Part shown: one piece after another, positions 18,597 to 26,909 of the stretch
How positions within the stretch are numbered: the stretch's first letter is position 1
How the letters are laid out: each line of letters begins with the position of its first letter
Origin: a virus
Taxonomy: Duplodnaviria > Caudoviricetes
Strand: one strand, 5' to 3'
DNA length: 26,929 bases
Virus record (IMG/VR): IMGVR_UViG_3300017978_000329
Span: 1-26,929 of that record
The notes under the pieces: generated by a model
The model's input: the letters and a program-made list of their open reading frames with translations, nothing else
Databases searched by the model: none
What the model was told of the DNA's origin: nothing
Program-made: the position numbers and the translations under genes

Positions 18597-18658
18597 GCAA
18601 CCGCCCTTTTTATGCCCTTTTCTAGATGTTATAACGGGCTATTTTACCAAACATACGC

Positions 18659-18682
18659 TAAATATTATGAGTAATAAAGGAG
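18659..18682 (+). promoter_or_regulatory. Late promoter plus SD for tail sheath
   Basis: cgcTAAATA (18659-18664) and AAGGAG (18677-18682) before the ATG at 18692. Confidence 0.75.
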
Positions 18683-18691
18683 ACCACTAAA

Positions 18692-21600
18692 ATGGCTTTA
18701 ACTTCACCAGGCGTACAGGTTTCTGTAATCGACGAAAGTTTTTACACACCTGCTGAACCAGGTACTAGACCACTAGTTATCGTTGCTTCAGCAGCCAACA
18801 AGAAAAATGCTTCAGGTACCGGCACAGCCCAAGGTACCCTAACAACCAATGCTGGAAAAGTTTATACAGTAACAAGTCAAAGGGAATTAGCAGACTTGTT
18901 CGGAGATCCAACCTTCCGTGTTGATAATAACAACAACCCAATTCACGCAGGCGAATTAAATGAGTTTGGCCTGCAAGCCGCATACAGTTTCTTAGGTGTG
19001 GCTAACTCAGTATTGATTGCTCGTGCAGACATCGATTTAACTGCGCTTGAGCCATCAGCAGACGCACCTGGCGGTGATCCTCAAGACGGTACATTCTGGT
19101 TAGATACATCCACAACACAATGGGGTATTTTTGAATGGAATGCCGCACCAGCCAGTACACGTAACGGACAAAGTTTTGTTTCTAAGACACCGTTAATTGT
19201 TTTAGAAGCAAGTCAATTAACTGCTACAGGTCCTAAGTCCAGCGTTGGACGTATTGGTGACTATGCAGTTGCCGTAGGTACAAACGCACTATCCGAAGGC
19301 GAACAAGAAGATAATACTTCTAACGTTGATCAATCTACAAGTCATGAGATTTCTTTCTATTACAAAAATCGTGCAGGAGAATGGGTCAAAATTGGTAGCC
19401 CAGATTGGATTGCCAGCCACGCAACAATTACAGCCAGTGCAGGCAATACTTCAGCATGGAGTGCTGGCACATACGATTTAAATCTATTCTTAGATGGTGA
19501 TACTGTAGGTATACCAGTTACTGGCATGACAACAGCAACAAGTTTAGCACAAGTTGCTGCCGCTGTCACTGACACAAACGCAGGTGTTACAGCATCCTAT
19601 GCTAACGGAGTTTTAGAATTTTTCTGCGCAGGTACAAGTTTAAAAGTAACTGGTACACTTATTGCCGGTCGCACTTTATCTATCGATCCTGCTAAAACTT
19701 ACTACACTCCTAAACTACAGATTTCCAAGCACACTCAACTACCATCTTATAAAATAAGAGACAGCGAGCCACGCCCAACAGGATCTGTATGGATCAAGAT
19801 TACAGAACCAAACGCAGGAGCACGTTGGAGAGTTAAGAAATACAACGGAAATACCCAACTATGGGCCAACGTTGAATCTCCAATTTACGCAAATGCACAG
19901 TCAGCACTTGCTGAATTAGACAAAACTGGTGGTGGAATTAATATTCCATTAAACAGCGCATTCGTAGAATATAACTTTGATCAACACAGTTCTCCACAAG
20001 CAGAATTCCGTGTACTACGCCGTTTCCGTACAGGCGAAACAGTAATTCGCAGTAAAGAAATTACTTCTAGTGGAATCACTGCTGGCACATATACTATGCA
20101 AATAGGCGAAAGTCTAGTTGGAAGTGCTACGTTAAACAACAAAGCAGTTGAAATAACAGTGCAAGGTAATGCAGTAGACAGCGAAAGAATTGCAGAAGCA
20201 ATCAACCTTGCAGGATTTACAAATATCATTGCCAGTGTTGACAATTTAAATCGTGTAGTAATAACTCATAGCACCGGCGGAGAAATTCGTTTTGCAGACT
20301 TTGAAGACAGTAGTTCATTTGTAGGAACTCTATTACAGTTTGATAAAAACAGTAACGTCTATGCAGTTCGTGAACAAGATGCAGACGGAGTTGAATTAGG
20401 ATTTGGCAGCGGCGGCGTATTCCAATATGTTGCTAGTAACTGGATCCCAATGACAATTACCCCTGACACTGCTAACGTTGTGCGTCAGAGTTATTATATC
20501 AGCAACGACAATCCACAGACACTAGTTGCCGATGGTACGCTATGGTACAGCAGTGTAGTAGACGAAGTAGACGTCATGGTACACAACGGAAACACATGGG
20601 TTGGTTATAAAAACTATGACCACGGACGCGGTGCAGGTGTTACTAGCCCAGCAGGTCCAATTGTTTCTGCCAGTGAGCCAGCAGAACAGAGCGATGGCAC
20701 TGTTTTAGAAGAGGGTGATCTATGGATCGACACCAGCGACATTGATAATTACCCAGCAATCAAGCGTTACGATTATACAAACAAACGTTGGATATTGTTA
20801 GATAAGAGCGATCAAACAACAGAAAATGGTGTTCTATTTGCAGATGCACGTTGGAATGAAGATGGACTAACATCTGATCCAGCAAGTATTCAAGAACTAC
20901 TAGTTAGTAACTTCTTAGACTTTGATGCACCAGATCCAGCATTGTATCCACGTGGTATGTTGCTATGGAATCTACGCAGAAGTGGTTTCAATGTTAAGAA
21001 GTTTAAAAAGAACTATATCAACACACTAGATGATAACCTACGTTACAAAGCCAGCGAAAGTGACGAAGGCGATGCACCTACAAGTGGCGACAGCATGGAA
21101 AACTATTACCCACACCGTTGGGTAACGGAGTCTGGCAATCAAGCAGACGGTTCAGGAAGTTTTGGACGCTTTGCACAACGTAAAGTTGTTCTACAAAGTC
21201 TACAAGCATTGGTAAACAGCAATCAAGAAATTCGTGACACAGAGAGAAACGGATTTAACTTACTTGCTTGCCCAGGTTACCCTGAACTAATTGGCGAAAT
21301 GATTAGTCTAAACTACGATCGTGGTTTAACAGCATTTGTTGTTGGTGATACACCTGCACGTCTAACACCTGATGCTACAACAATTAACAATTGGGGTACA
21401 AATGCCGCACTAGCACTAGAAGACAACGAAAAAGGTCTTGTAAGCAGTGACGAATACTTAGGTGTGTTCTATCCATGGGGCTTTACAAGTGACAACGCTG
21501 GGCGAGACATCATTGTTCCACCAAGTCACATGATTATGCGTATGATTGCACTAAGCGACCAAGTTTCATTCCCATGGTTCGCACCAGCAGGTACACGTCG

Positions 21601-22105
21601 TGGTGGTATTACTAACGCAACAGCAGTTGGTTACTTAACTAGCGAAGGCGAATTCCAATCAGTGGCACTAAACGAAGGCCAACGCGATACATTGTACAAT
21701 GTAAAAGTTAACCCAATTACATTCTTTGTAGGCGCAGGTCTTGTAAACTTTGGACAGAAGACAAGAGCACGTAATGCAAGTGCATTAGATCGCATCAACG
21801 TAGCACGTTTGGTAATTTATCTACGTAGCCAGTTGAACAAACTTGCAAAACCATACATCTTTGAACCTAACGATAAAATCACTCGTGATGAGATCAAGCA
21901 ACAAGTCGAAAGTCTATTGCTAGAACTAGTTGGACAACGAGCACTGTATGACTTCTTAGTAGTCTGCGATGAAAGCAACAACACACCTAACAGAATTGAT
22001 AGAAATGAACTATACGTAGACATTGCTATCGAACCTGTCAAGGCCGTTGAGTTCATTTACATTCCAGTACGCTTGAAGAACACTGGCGAAATCGCTGGAC
22101 TATAA
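18692..22105 (+). CDS. gp18: Contractile tail sheath protein (T4 gp18-like), enlarged to 1137 aa
   Basis: MALTSPGVQVSVIDES start, L..LFGDP, PWFAPAG..RG, RDTLY...VNPI, FGQKT....SALDRINVARL, FEPND..TR, DFLVVCDESNNTP..IDRNEL.VDI.I.PVKAVEFIYI. Confidence 0.97.
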   Translation: MALTSPGVQVSVIDESFYTPAEPGTRPLVIVASAANKKNASGTGTAQGTLTTNAGKVYTVTSQRELADLFGDPTFRVDNNNNPIHAGELNEFGLQAAYSFLGVANSVLIARADIDLTALEPSADAPGGDPQDGTFWLDTSTTQWGIFEWNAAPASTRNGQSFVSKTPLIVLEASQLTATGPKSSVGRIGDYAVAVGTNALSEGEQEDNTSNVDQSTSHEISFYYKNRAGEWVKIGSPDWIASHATITASAGNTSAWSAGTYDLNLFLDGDTVGIPVTGMTTATSLAQVAAAVTDTNAGVTASYANGVLEFFCAGTSLKVTGTLIAGRTLSIDPAKTYYTPKLQISKHTQLPSYKIRDSEPRPTGSVWIKITEPNAGARWRVKKYNGNTQLWANVESPIYANAQSALAELDKTGGGINIPLNSAFVEYNFDQHSSPQAEFRVLRRFRTGETVIRSKEITSSGITAGTYTMQIGESLVGSATLNNKAVEITVQGNAVDSERIAEAINLAGFTNIIASVDNLNRVVITHSTGGEIRFADFEDSSSFVGTLLQFDKNSNVYAVREQDADGVELGFGSGGVFQYVASNWIPMTITPDTANVVRQSYYISNDNPQTLVADGTLWYSSVVDEVDVMVHNGNTWVGYKNYDHGRGAGVTSPAGPIVSASEPAEQSDGTVLEEGDLWIDTSDIDNYPAIKRYDYTNKRWILLDKSDQTTENGVLFADARWNEDGLTSDPASIQELLVSNFLDFDAPDPALYPRGMLLWNLRRSGFNVKKFKKNYINTLDDNLRYKASESDEGDAPTSGDSMENYYPHRWVTESGNQADGSGSFGRFAQRKVVLQSLQALVNSNQEIRDTERNGFNLLACPGYPELIGEMISLNYDRGLTAFVVGDTPARLTPDATTINNWGTNAALALEDNEKGLVSSDEYLGVFYPWGFTSDNAGRDIIVPPSHMIMRMIALSDQVSFPWFAPAGTRRGGITNATAVGYLTSEGEFQSVALNEGQRDTLYNVKVNPITFFVGAGLVNFGQKTRARNASALDRINVARLVIYLRSQLNKLAKPYIFEPNDKITRDEIKQQVESLLLELVGQRALYDFLVVCDESNNTPNRIDRNELYVDIAIEPVKAVEFIYIPVRLKNTGEIAGL

Positions 22106-22110
22106 GTGAA

Positions 22111-22128
22111 TAAATAAAAATAACGGAG
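22111..22128 (+). promoter_or_regulatory. Late promoter plus SD for tail tube
   Basis: TAAATA (22111-22116) and GGAG (22125-22128) before the ATG at 22137. Confidence 0.7.
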
Positions 22129-22136
22129 AGCATACA

Positions 22137-22760
22137 ATGGCTATTTCAACACTAAGCAAATTATCAGTACCGTTGGCTAGTGACCAATCTGCAAGCGCAC
22201 AGGGCATGTTAATGCCCAAGTTGCAGTACAGATTCAGAGTTTCTTTTGAAAACTTTGGAGTGTCAACACCGACAACTGAACTAACTAAACAGGTTATTGA
22301 TTGCACAAGACCAAACATAACTTTTGAAGATATTGAACTTCCTGTTTATAATTCAAAAGTACGTCTTGCAGGACGACACACATGGGAAAACATCAGTGTT
22401 AACCTACGTGATGATGCCAGCGGTCAAGTACAAAAACTGGTTGGCGAACAACTACAGAAACAATTCGATTTCTTTGAGCAAGCCAGCGCAGCCAGCGGTA
22501 GCGATTACAAGTTTACAACTCGTATCGAAATCTTAGACGGCGGCAATGGTGCAAACACACCGACAGTATTAGAAACATGGGAAGTGTATGGTTGCTACCT
22601 ACAAGGTGCTAACTATAACACGCTAAACTACGCTACTAGCGAACCTGTGACAGTTGCACTAACAATTCGTTATGATAACGCAGTTCAAAGTCCAACAGGC
22701 ACTGGTGTTGGTACAGCAGTGGGCCGAGCACTTGGCACTCTTGCTACCGGTGGCGGTTAA
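22137..22760 (+). CDS. gp19: Tail tube protein (T4 gp19-like)
   Basis: Directly follows the sheath gene. YRFRV.F, RP..TFE.IE, AGR.TWE.I.V..RDD, W...GC......Y..L.Y, and L.IRYD match tube-fold motifs. Confidence 0.88.
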   Translation: MAISTLSKLSVPLASDQSASAQGMLMPKLQYRFRVSFENFGVSTPTTELTKQVIDCTRPNITFEDIELPVYNSKVRLAGRHTWENISVNLRDDASGQVQKLVGEQLQKQFDFFEQASAASGSDYKFTTRIEILDGGNGANTPTVLETWEVYGCYLQGANYNTLNYATSEPVTVALTIRYDNAVQSPTGTGVGTAVGRALGTLATGGG

Positions 22761-22776
22761 TTTTACCCGGGAGACT

Positions 22777-22804
22777 AAAAAGGACACTTCGGTGTCCTTT
22801 TTTT
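22777..22804 (+). terminator. Intrinsic terminator after sheath-tube genes
   Basis: AAAAAGGACAC-TTCG-GTGTCCTTTTTTT: C(UUCG)G tetraloop typical of T4-like phages, followed by a T7 tract. Confidence 0.95.
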
Positions 22805-22831
22805 ATTATCTGCACAGTTTTTAACACCGGA

Positions 22832-22837
22832 TAAATA
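22832..22837 (+). promoter_or_regulatory. Putative late promoter (leaderless)
   Basis: ggaTAAATA-ttaat-ATG. It lies just after a terminator, so the downstream gene needs its own promoter. Confidence 0.72.
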
Positions 22838-22842
22838 TTAAT

Positions 22843-24276
22843 ATGTCAAAATTCTTTAAAAACTTTCTAAGTAATGTAGGTGGCGGTATAACCAAGCCCA
22901 AGGGAAATCTGGGCGATTTTAGACACGCCAGTAAATTATTTGTAGACAGTAATTACCGATTAGCACCAAAACAAAAATTTCTTTATCACGTGGTGTTTAA
23001 CATTAATCCAGTGGTCAAGGCTCGTATGCCCTTTATTGCCAACAATATCACGGCATTAAACATGTTGGTAAAAAGTGTCGATCTACCTAAATATAAAATA
23101 AACACAGACTTAGCCTATCAATATAACAGAAAAAAACAAGTTCATACAAAAATAGAATACGAACCAATAACAATGATTTTGTATGACGATAATCTAGGTG
23201 TTTCAACTAACATGTGGGCAGGCTACTATGGATATTACTTTGCAGATTCCAGTCATGGCGGTAGTGCAGGATCTATGCCAGGTGTTCCAGGCTCGTCTGG
23301 CGGTGACACACCATTTGCTGGATTAAAGCAAATATGGAATAACATAAAAAATATAGACCTAAAAGGTCTATTTAAGAAAAAGCCAGGTGCTAACAAAAAA
23401 GGTTCTAGCGAGCCTCAAACACCAGTAGCATATCAAAGTAATGCATTTGATATAGAAAATAAGTTTAGATTTGGTTTAGATAACAACAGTTCAGCACCGT
23501 TTTTCACCAGCGTACAAATTTTTCAACTAAGTCGTAAAACATATCAGTGTTTCACACTTATAAATCCTAAGATAGTAAGTTTTCAACACGACAATTTACA
23601 ATATGCAGAAGGTGCTACAACTACACAAAATACAATGAGTCTTGTTTATGAAGGTGTTATCTATGGCGTAGGGCCGGTTAAACAAGGTAACCCAACAGGG
23701 TTTGGTACAGAATACTACGACAATGTTCCAAGTCCACTAAGCATACTTGGTGGTGGTACTGCAAGTTTATTTGGACAAGGCGGAGTACTAGGCGGAGTAT
23801 CTGATATACTCGGAGATCTAAGTAATCCTGATACATTTACTAACCCTGGTGCATTATTTGGCACATTAATCAAAGGTGCAAATACCTTTAAAAACGCCAA
23901 GGGATTAACAGGTAGTGGTGTTCGGGTTGAAGGATTTAGTATAGCAAAAAGTGCTATCACTGCGGTTACAGGCGTAGATGTTAGTGGTGTTGCCAACGTA
24001 GCCTTTCCTAAAGAAGCAGGTCGTGGACAAAATCAAACTACCAATGCATTGGCACCTAAAGAGTCCGTTAGACCACAATCATTAACAGCCAGTGAACAAT
24101 CGTTAATCAACGACAATCCTGTGGCACTAAGTACACTGGTCAGTAAAGCAACTACATCCGGTGTTGTGCCACCAGGCCCAAATGCAGAAAGTCAAGTAAA
24201 AAGTTTAATGGCCAGTGGAAGAAATTTAAAATTAAATTCTTTGGCACAAAAAGTAGTAGCAGACGTAAAAGGATAA
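22843..24276 (+). CDS. Tail-tube-fold baseplate/tube initiator protein (gp54/gp48-like)
   Basis: LVKSVDLPKY...QYNRKK......YEPIT...YDD and L.NP.I....HD.L.Y resemble gp19-fold paralogues; Gly-rich C-terminal half; located next to the tube gene. Confidence 0.65.
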   Translation: MSKFFKNFLSNVGGGITKPKGNLGDFRHASKLFVDSNYRLAPKQKFLYHVVFNINPVVKARMPFIANNITALNMLVKSVDLPKYKINTDLAYQYNRKKQVHTKIEYEPITMILYDDNLGVSTNMWAGYYGYYFADSSHGGSAGSMPGVPGSSGGDTPFAGLKQIWNNIKNIDLKGLFKKKPGANKKGSSEPQTPVAYQSNAFDIENKFRFGLDNNSSAPFFTSVQIFQLSRKTYQCFTLINPKIVSFQHDNLQYAEGATTTQNTMSLVYEGVIYGVGPVKQGNPTGFGTEYYDNVPSPLSILGGGTASLFGQGGVLGGVSDILGDLSNPDTFTNPGALFGTLIKGANTFKNAKGLTGSGVRVEGFSIAKSAITAVTGVDVSGVANVAFPKEAGRGQNQTTNALAPKESVRPQSLTASEQSLINDNPVALSTLVSKATTSGVVPPGPNAESQVKSLMASGRNLKLNSLAQKVVADVKG

Positions 24277-24277
24277 T

Positions 24278-24649
24278 ATGGCAAATAGTAACTTACCCCA
24301 AACACAAGACAGTGACAGTAGTCAGGCTGTCAAACTATTTTTTAATAATTATTTTAATCAAACTATTACATATCCAGCCAGCGAAATAGATGCAGTAATT
24401 GGATTTTTTAAAAAACGTGGCTTTGATGACCTTGCAAGTAATTCTACATCTATTGTATTATTGCAACAGGCTAAACTAGATGAAGTAAACGTATTTCAAT
24501 TATTAGATACACTCAAAGGTCTCACAGAACTGCAACTCAGCGCAGTGGTCACTGAAGTATTGAATTATAATCGACAAAAAAATTCAACATTAGGATATCG
24601 TGTGGAAGATACCAGTGAACTATTAGAAAAACGAAACGTGTTAATATGA
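24278..24649 (+). CDS. Hypothetical phage protein (probably virion/baseplate associated)
   Basis: AAGGA SD; tightly packed between neighbours; ATGA overlap with gp4. Confidence 0.7.
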   Translation: MANSNLPQTQDSDSSQAVKLFFNNYFNQTITYPASEIDAVIGFFKKRGFDDLASNSTSIVLLQQAKLDEVNVFQLLDTLKGLTELQLSAVVTEVLNYNRQKNSTLGYRVEDTSELLEKRNVLI

Positions 24650-25080
24650 CAAAATTTGCACAGGGAAAATATGTATTAAAAAATCCCGACAAGTATATAG
24701 GAAATAAAAGCCCCACGTATCGTAGCAGTTGGGAATGGGCTGTGATGAACATGTGTGACAATAATCCAGCCATCGACAAGTGGGCCAGTGAAGCCATTAA
24801 GATACCATATCGTTGTCCGTTGACCGGAAAACAAACGATATACGTACCGGACTTTTTTGTAAACTTCGTAGATAAAGACGGACGTAAACATGCAGAAGTT
24901 TGGGAAGTAAAACCAGCAAGTCAAGCCGTAAAGGAGCGTGTTGGTCGTAATCCTATGAATCAAGCGGCCTATGTTAAGAACATGGCAAAATGGGAAGCGG
25001 CTAGAGCATGGTGTGCAAGTCAAAGTATTTCTTTCCGTGTAATTTCTGAAAATGATATTTTCCATAAGGGAAAGCGATAA
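24646..25080 (+). CDS. gp4: Head completion nuclease (T4 gp4-like, TnsA-N / PD-(D/E)xK fold)
   Basis: GKY..KNP.KY.G....YRSSWE...M..CD.NP.I..W.SE...IPY, Y.PDF, EVKP, N.AKW.AA..WC. Confidence 0.92.
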   Translation: MTKFAQGKYVLKNPDKYIGNKSPTYRSSWEWAVMNMCDNNPAIDKWASEAIKIPYRCPLTGKQTIYVPDFFVNFVDKDGRKHAEVWEVKPASQAVKERVGRNPMNQAAYVKNMAKWEAARAWCASQSISFRVISENDIFHKGKR

Positions 25081-25083
25081 GTA
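25078..25083 (+). promoter_or_regulatory. Putative late promoter (TAAGTA variant, leaderless), overlapping gp4 stop
   Basis: cgaTAAGTA-aagtt-ATG. Confidence 0.5.
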
Positions 25084-25088
25084 AAGTT

Positions 25089-25586
25089 ATGACGAAGAAA
25101 CTTGAAGAATTACTTAACTTGCCTGAAACACAAGAAATAGTTAAACCCGAAAAAAAGCGTGGGAAATTAGACCCTAAAATATCAGCACCTGCCGATAACT
25201 TATTTCGAGAACTTGGCGATATAGATAAAATTGCCAGCGCATTGCCCCAAGTAAAAGGCTTGGGAGATATTTCAGACAGTGAATTAGATTCCTTGGCCCA
25301 ACGTGCTACAGATGCCTATGACGACTTAATGGATTTGGGCATGAATGTGGAACCACGCTATTCTAGCAGAGTATTTGAAGTGGCTAGTTCTATGCTTAAA
25401 AATGCCATAGATGCTAAAAGTGCAAAAATAGATAAAAAGTTGAAGATGATCGAATTACAGTTAAAAAAGGCTAAATTAGATCAGGATGCACAAGGAAAAG
25501 ACCCAGATGCTCCATCTATTCACGGAGAGGGTGTGCTTATCACTGACCGCAACAGTCTATTAGAAAAACTACGCAATATAAAATAA
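25089..25586 (+). CDS. Probable terminase small subunit (T4 gp16-like)
   Basis: 165 aa, helical. DLMDLG.....SRVFEVASSMLKNA...MIELQLKK...ITDRNSLLEKL resembles the gp16 pattern (PRAYEVA..L.K...L.DLQ.K...ST.EL...L). Recognised by eye only. Confidence 0.5.
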   Translation: MTKKLEELLNLPETQEIVKPEKKRGKLDPKISAPADNLFRELGDIDKIASALPQVKGLGDISDSELDSLAQRATDAYDDLMDLGMNVEPRYSSRVFEVASSMLKNAIDAKSAKIDKKLKMIELQLKKAKLDQDAQGKDPDAPSIHGEGVLITDRNSLLEKLRNIK

Positions 25587-25589
25587 ATA
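25584..25589 (+). promoter_or_regulatory. Putative late promoter overlapping a stop codon
   Basis: TAAATA ends 18 nt upstream of the ATG at 25608. Confidence 0.6.
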
Positions 25590-25607
25590 CATTACTGGAA
25601 TCGAACT

Positions 25608-26207
25608 ATGAAATCATTTAAAGACTATCTAACAGAAAGCAAAAAAACCTATGCTTTTAAAATTAAAGTAGCAGGAAAACTTGGAGAAAGTTTTGCTGAA
25701 GACCTACGTTCAGCAGTATCTAAATTTTCTATTGCAAATCTAAGCAAAGGAAAAAGCAGTCCTATTCAAGAAACTCAAATTGACTTTCCTAATCTTAAAA
25801 ACGAATCAGTTACTGTTTTTGATTTAGAAGTACACTATCCAACAACTAGTCCAGTGCTTGAGCAGTATATCATCGACACTTGCCGTTGTGCAAAGTCTAT
25901 GCTACGTGTTCAAGGCGCCAATGAATTTACTGTTACACACGAAGAGCGCGAACACGCTAAAGAAAACGACGGTAAAGCATTACTAGGTCAGTGTGATCCT
26001 GAACCATCAAATAACCAAGGTATTGTAGGCGAAAAACATACTATGTCAATGCTTAAAGACCTTATGAAAGAAAAACATGCAGGCGAGGAGTACAAAGGTG
26101 TTAACGATGCTATTCTAGCAAGTTCTTCTCCACGCGGTACGGCCACAGAAATGCCAGAAGGCACATCTATCAGCCCAATCGGCTCTAAAGCCTTAAAAGG
26201 AAAATAA
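25608..26207 (+). CDS. Hypothetical protein, probable head-internal protein
   Basis: N-terminus MKSFKDYLTE resembles the T4 capsid-targeting sequence (e.g. MKTYQEFIAE). Confidence 0.65.
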   Translation: MKSFKDYLTESKKTYAFKIKVAGKLGESFAEDLRSAVSKFSIANLSKGKSSPIQETQIDFPNLKNESVTVFDLEVHYPTTSPVLEQYIIDTCRCAKSMLRVQGANEFTVTHEEREHAKENDGKALLGQCDPEPSNNQGIVGEKHTMSMLKDLMKEKHAGEEYKGVNDAILASSSPRGTATEMPEGTSISPIGSKALKGK

Positions 26208-26208
26208 A

Positions 26209-26871
26209 ATGGAAATGAAAAAACTACTGAATATTATTTCAGAAGGCAAACAAATTACAGAAAACTGTGGCGGTATGATGAATAGTGCCACTAGTATTCC
26301 TGGCGCACCAAGTACACCTCCAGTGTCTATGAGCGTTAATTTAAATGCTCAAGGTATTGATCAAATTAAAGATCTGTTAAATCTAATGAATAAAGCAGAC
26401 AGCCCATTAGCACCAGGTATGTTAGGACAAAGTCCTGCACCTATGCCAATGCCTGCTGAAATACCTCCAATGATTTCTCAACCAATGTTGGCGCCTAAAG
26501 CAGAACCTATGGGCACAGCACCTGAAGGTCCAAAAGAACCAGACATGAGAGATTTAATTAAGATTGCATCATCTCCTGAGCCTGATGAAAAAGAAATGGA
26601 TCCAGGTGAAAAACCAGCAGCCAAAAAAGAAATGCAGGCAGTAGCAGGTGAAGTTAAAGGTCTTGCAGACGAACTAAAAAATAGTCCTGCTGGAACTGGA
26701 ATGGATGAACCAACTACATATGGCATGGATGCCGCTGTACCTTCCGGTGATGACCTACATAAAGAAAAAGGTGCATATCCAAAAGTCAATGGCGGTGACA
26801 ACCCTATGGCATTGGAACAACTAAAGAGTCAGTTGTTTGCACTTTACAAAGAAATTAAAGAAGACAGATAA
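26209..26871 (+). CDS. Hypothetical Pro/Met/Glu-rich, largely disordered protein, possible prohead core component
   Basis: AAGGA SD; N-terminal MKKLLNIISE..QITE with (I/L)-x-E motifs; low complexity; amphipathic C-terminal helix. Confidence 0.65.
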   Translation: MEMKKLLNIISEGKQITENCGGMMNSATSIPGAPSTPPVSMSVNLNAQGIDQIKDLLNLMNKADSPLAPGMLGQSPAPMPMPAEIPPMISQPMLAPKAEPMGTAPEGPKEPDMRDLIKIASSPEPDEKEMDPGEKPAAKKEMQAVAGEVKGLADELKNSPAGTGMDEPTTYGMDAAVPSGDDLHKEKGAYPKVNGGDNPMALEQLKSQLFALYKEIKEDR

Positions 26872-26909
26872 TAGTTTCGTCGCAGTTAGCACCCTGTCCA
26901 AGGTGCCAA

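Noticed and set aside
18667-18690. Mini-ORF MSNKGDH* in the sheath leader
   Set aside because: Its ATG is only 2 nt after TAAATA, probably upstream of the transcription start, and the sequence is explained by the SD.
24646-25080. TnsA-like nuclease suggesting a Tn7-type transposon
   Set aside because: The motifs and context match T4 gp4 head completion protein; there are no TnsB/TnsC genes or terminal repeats.
18777-26801. Assorted short antisense or out-of-frame ORFs within sheath, tube, gp4 and downstream genes
   Set aside because: They overlap well-supported genes and have no recognisable motifs or promoter/SD support.
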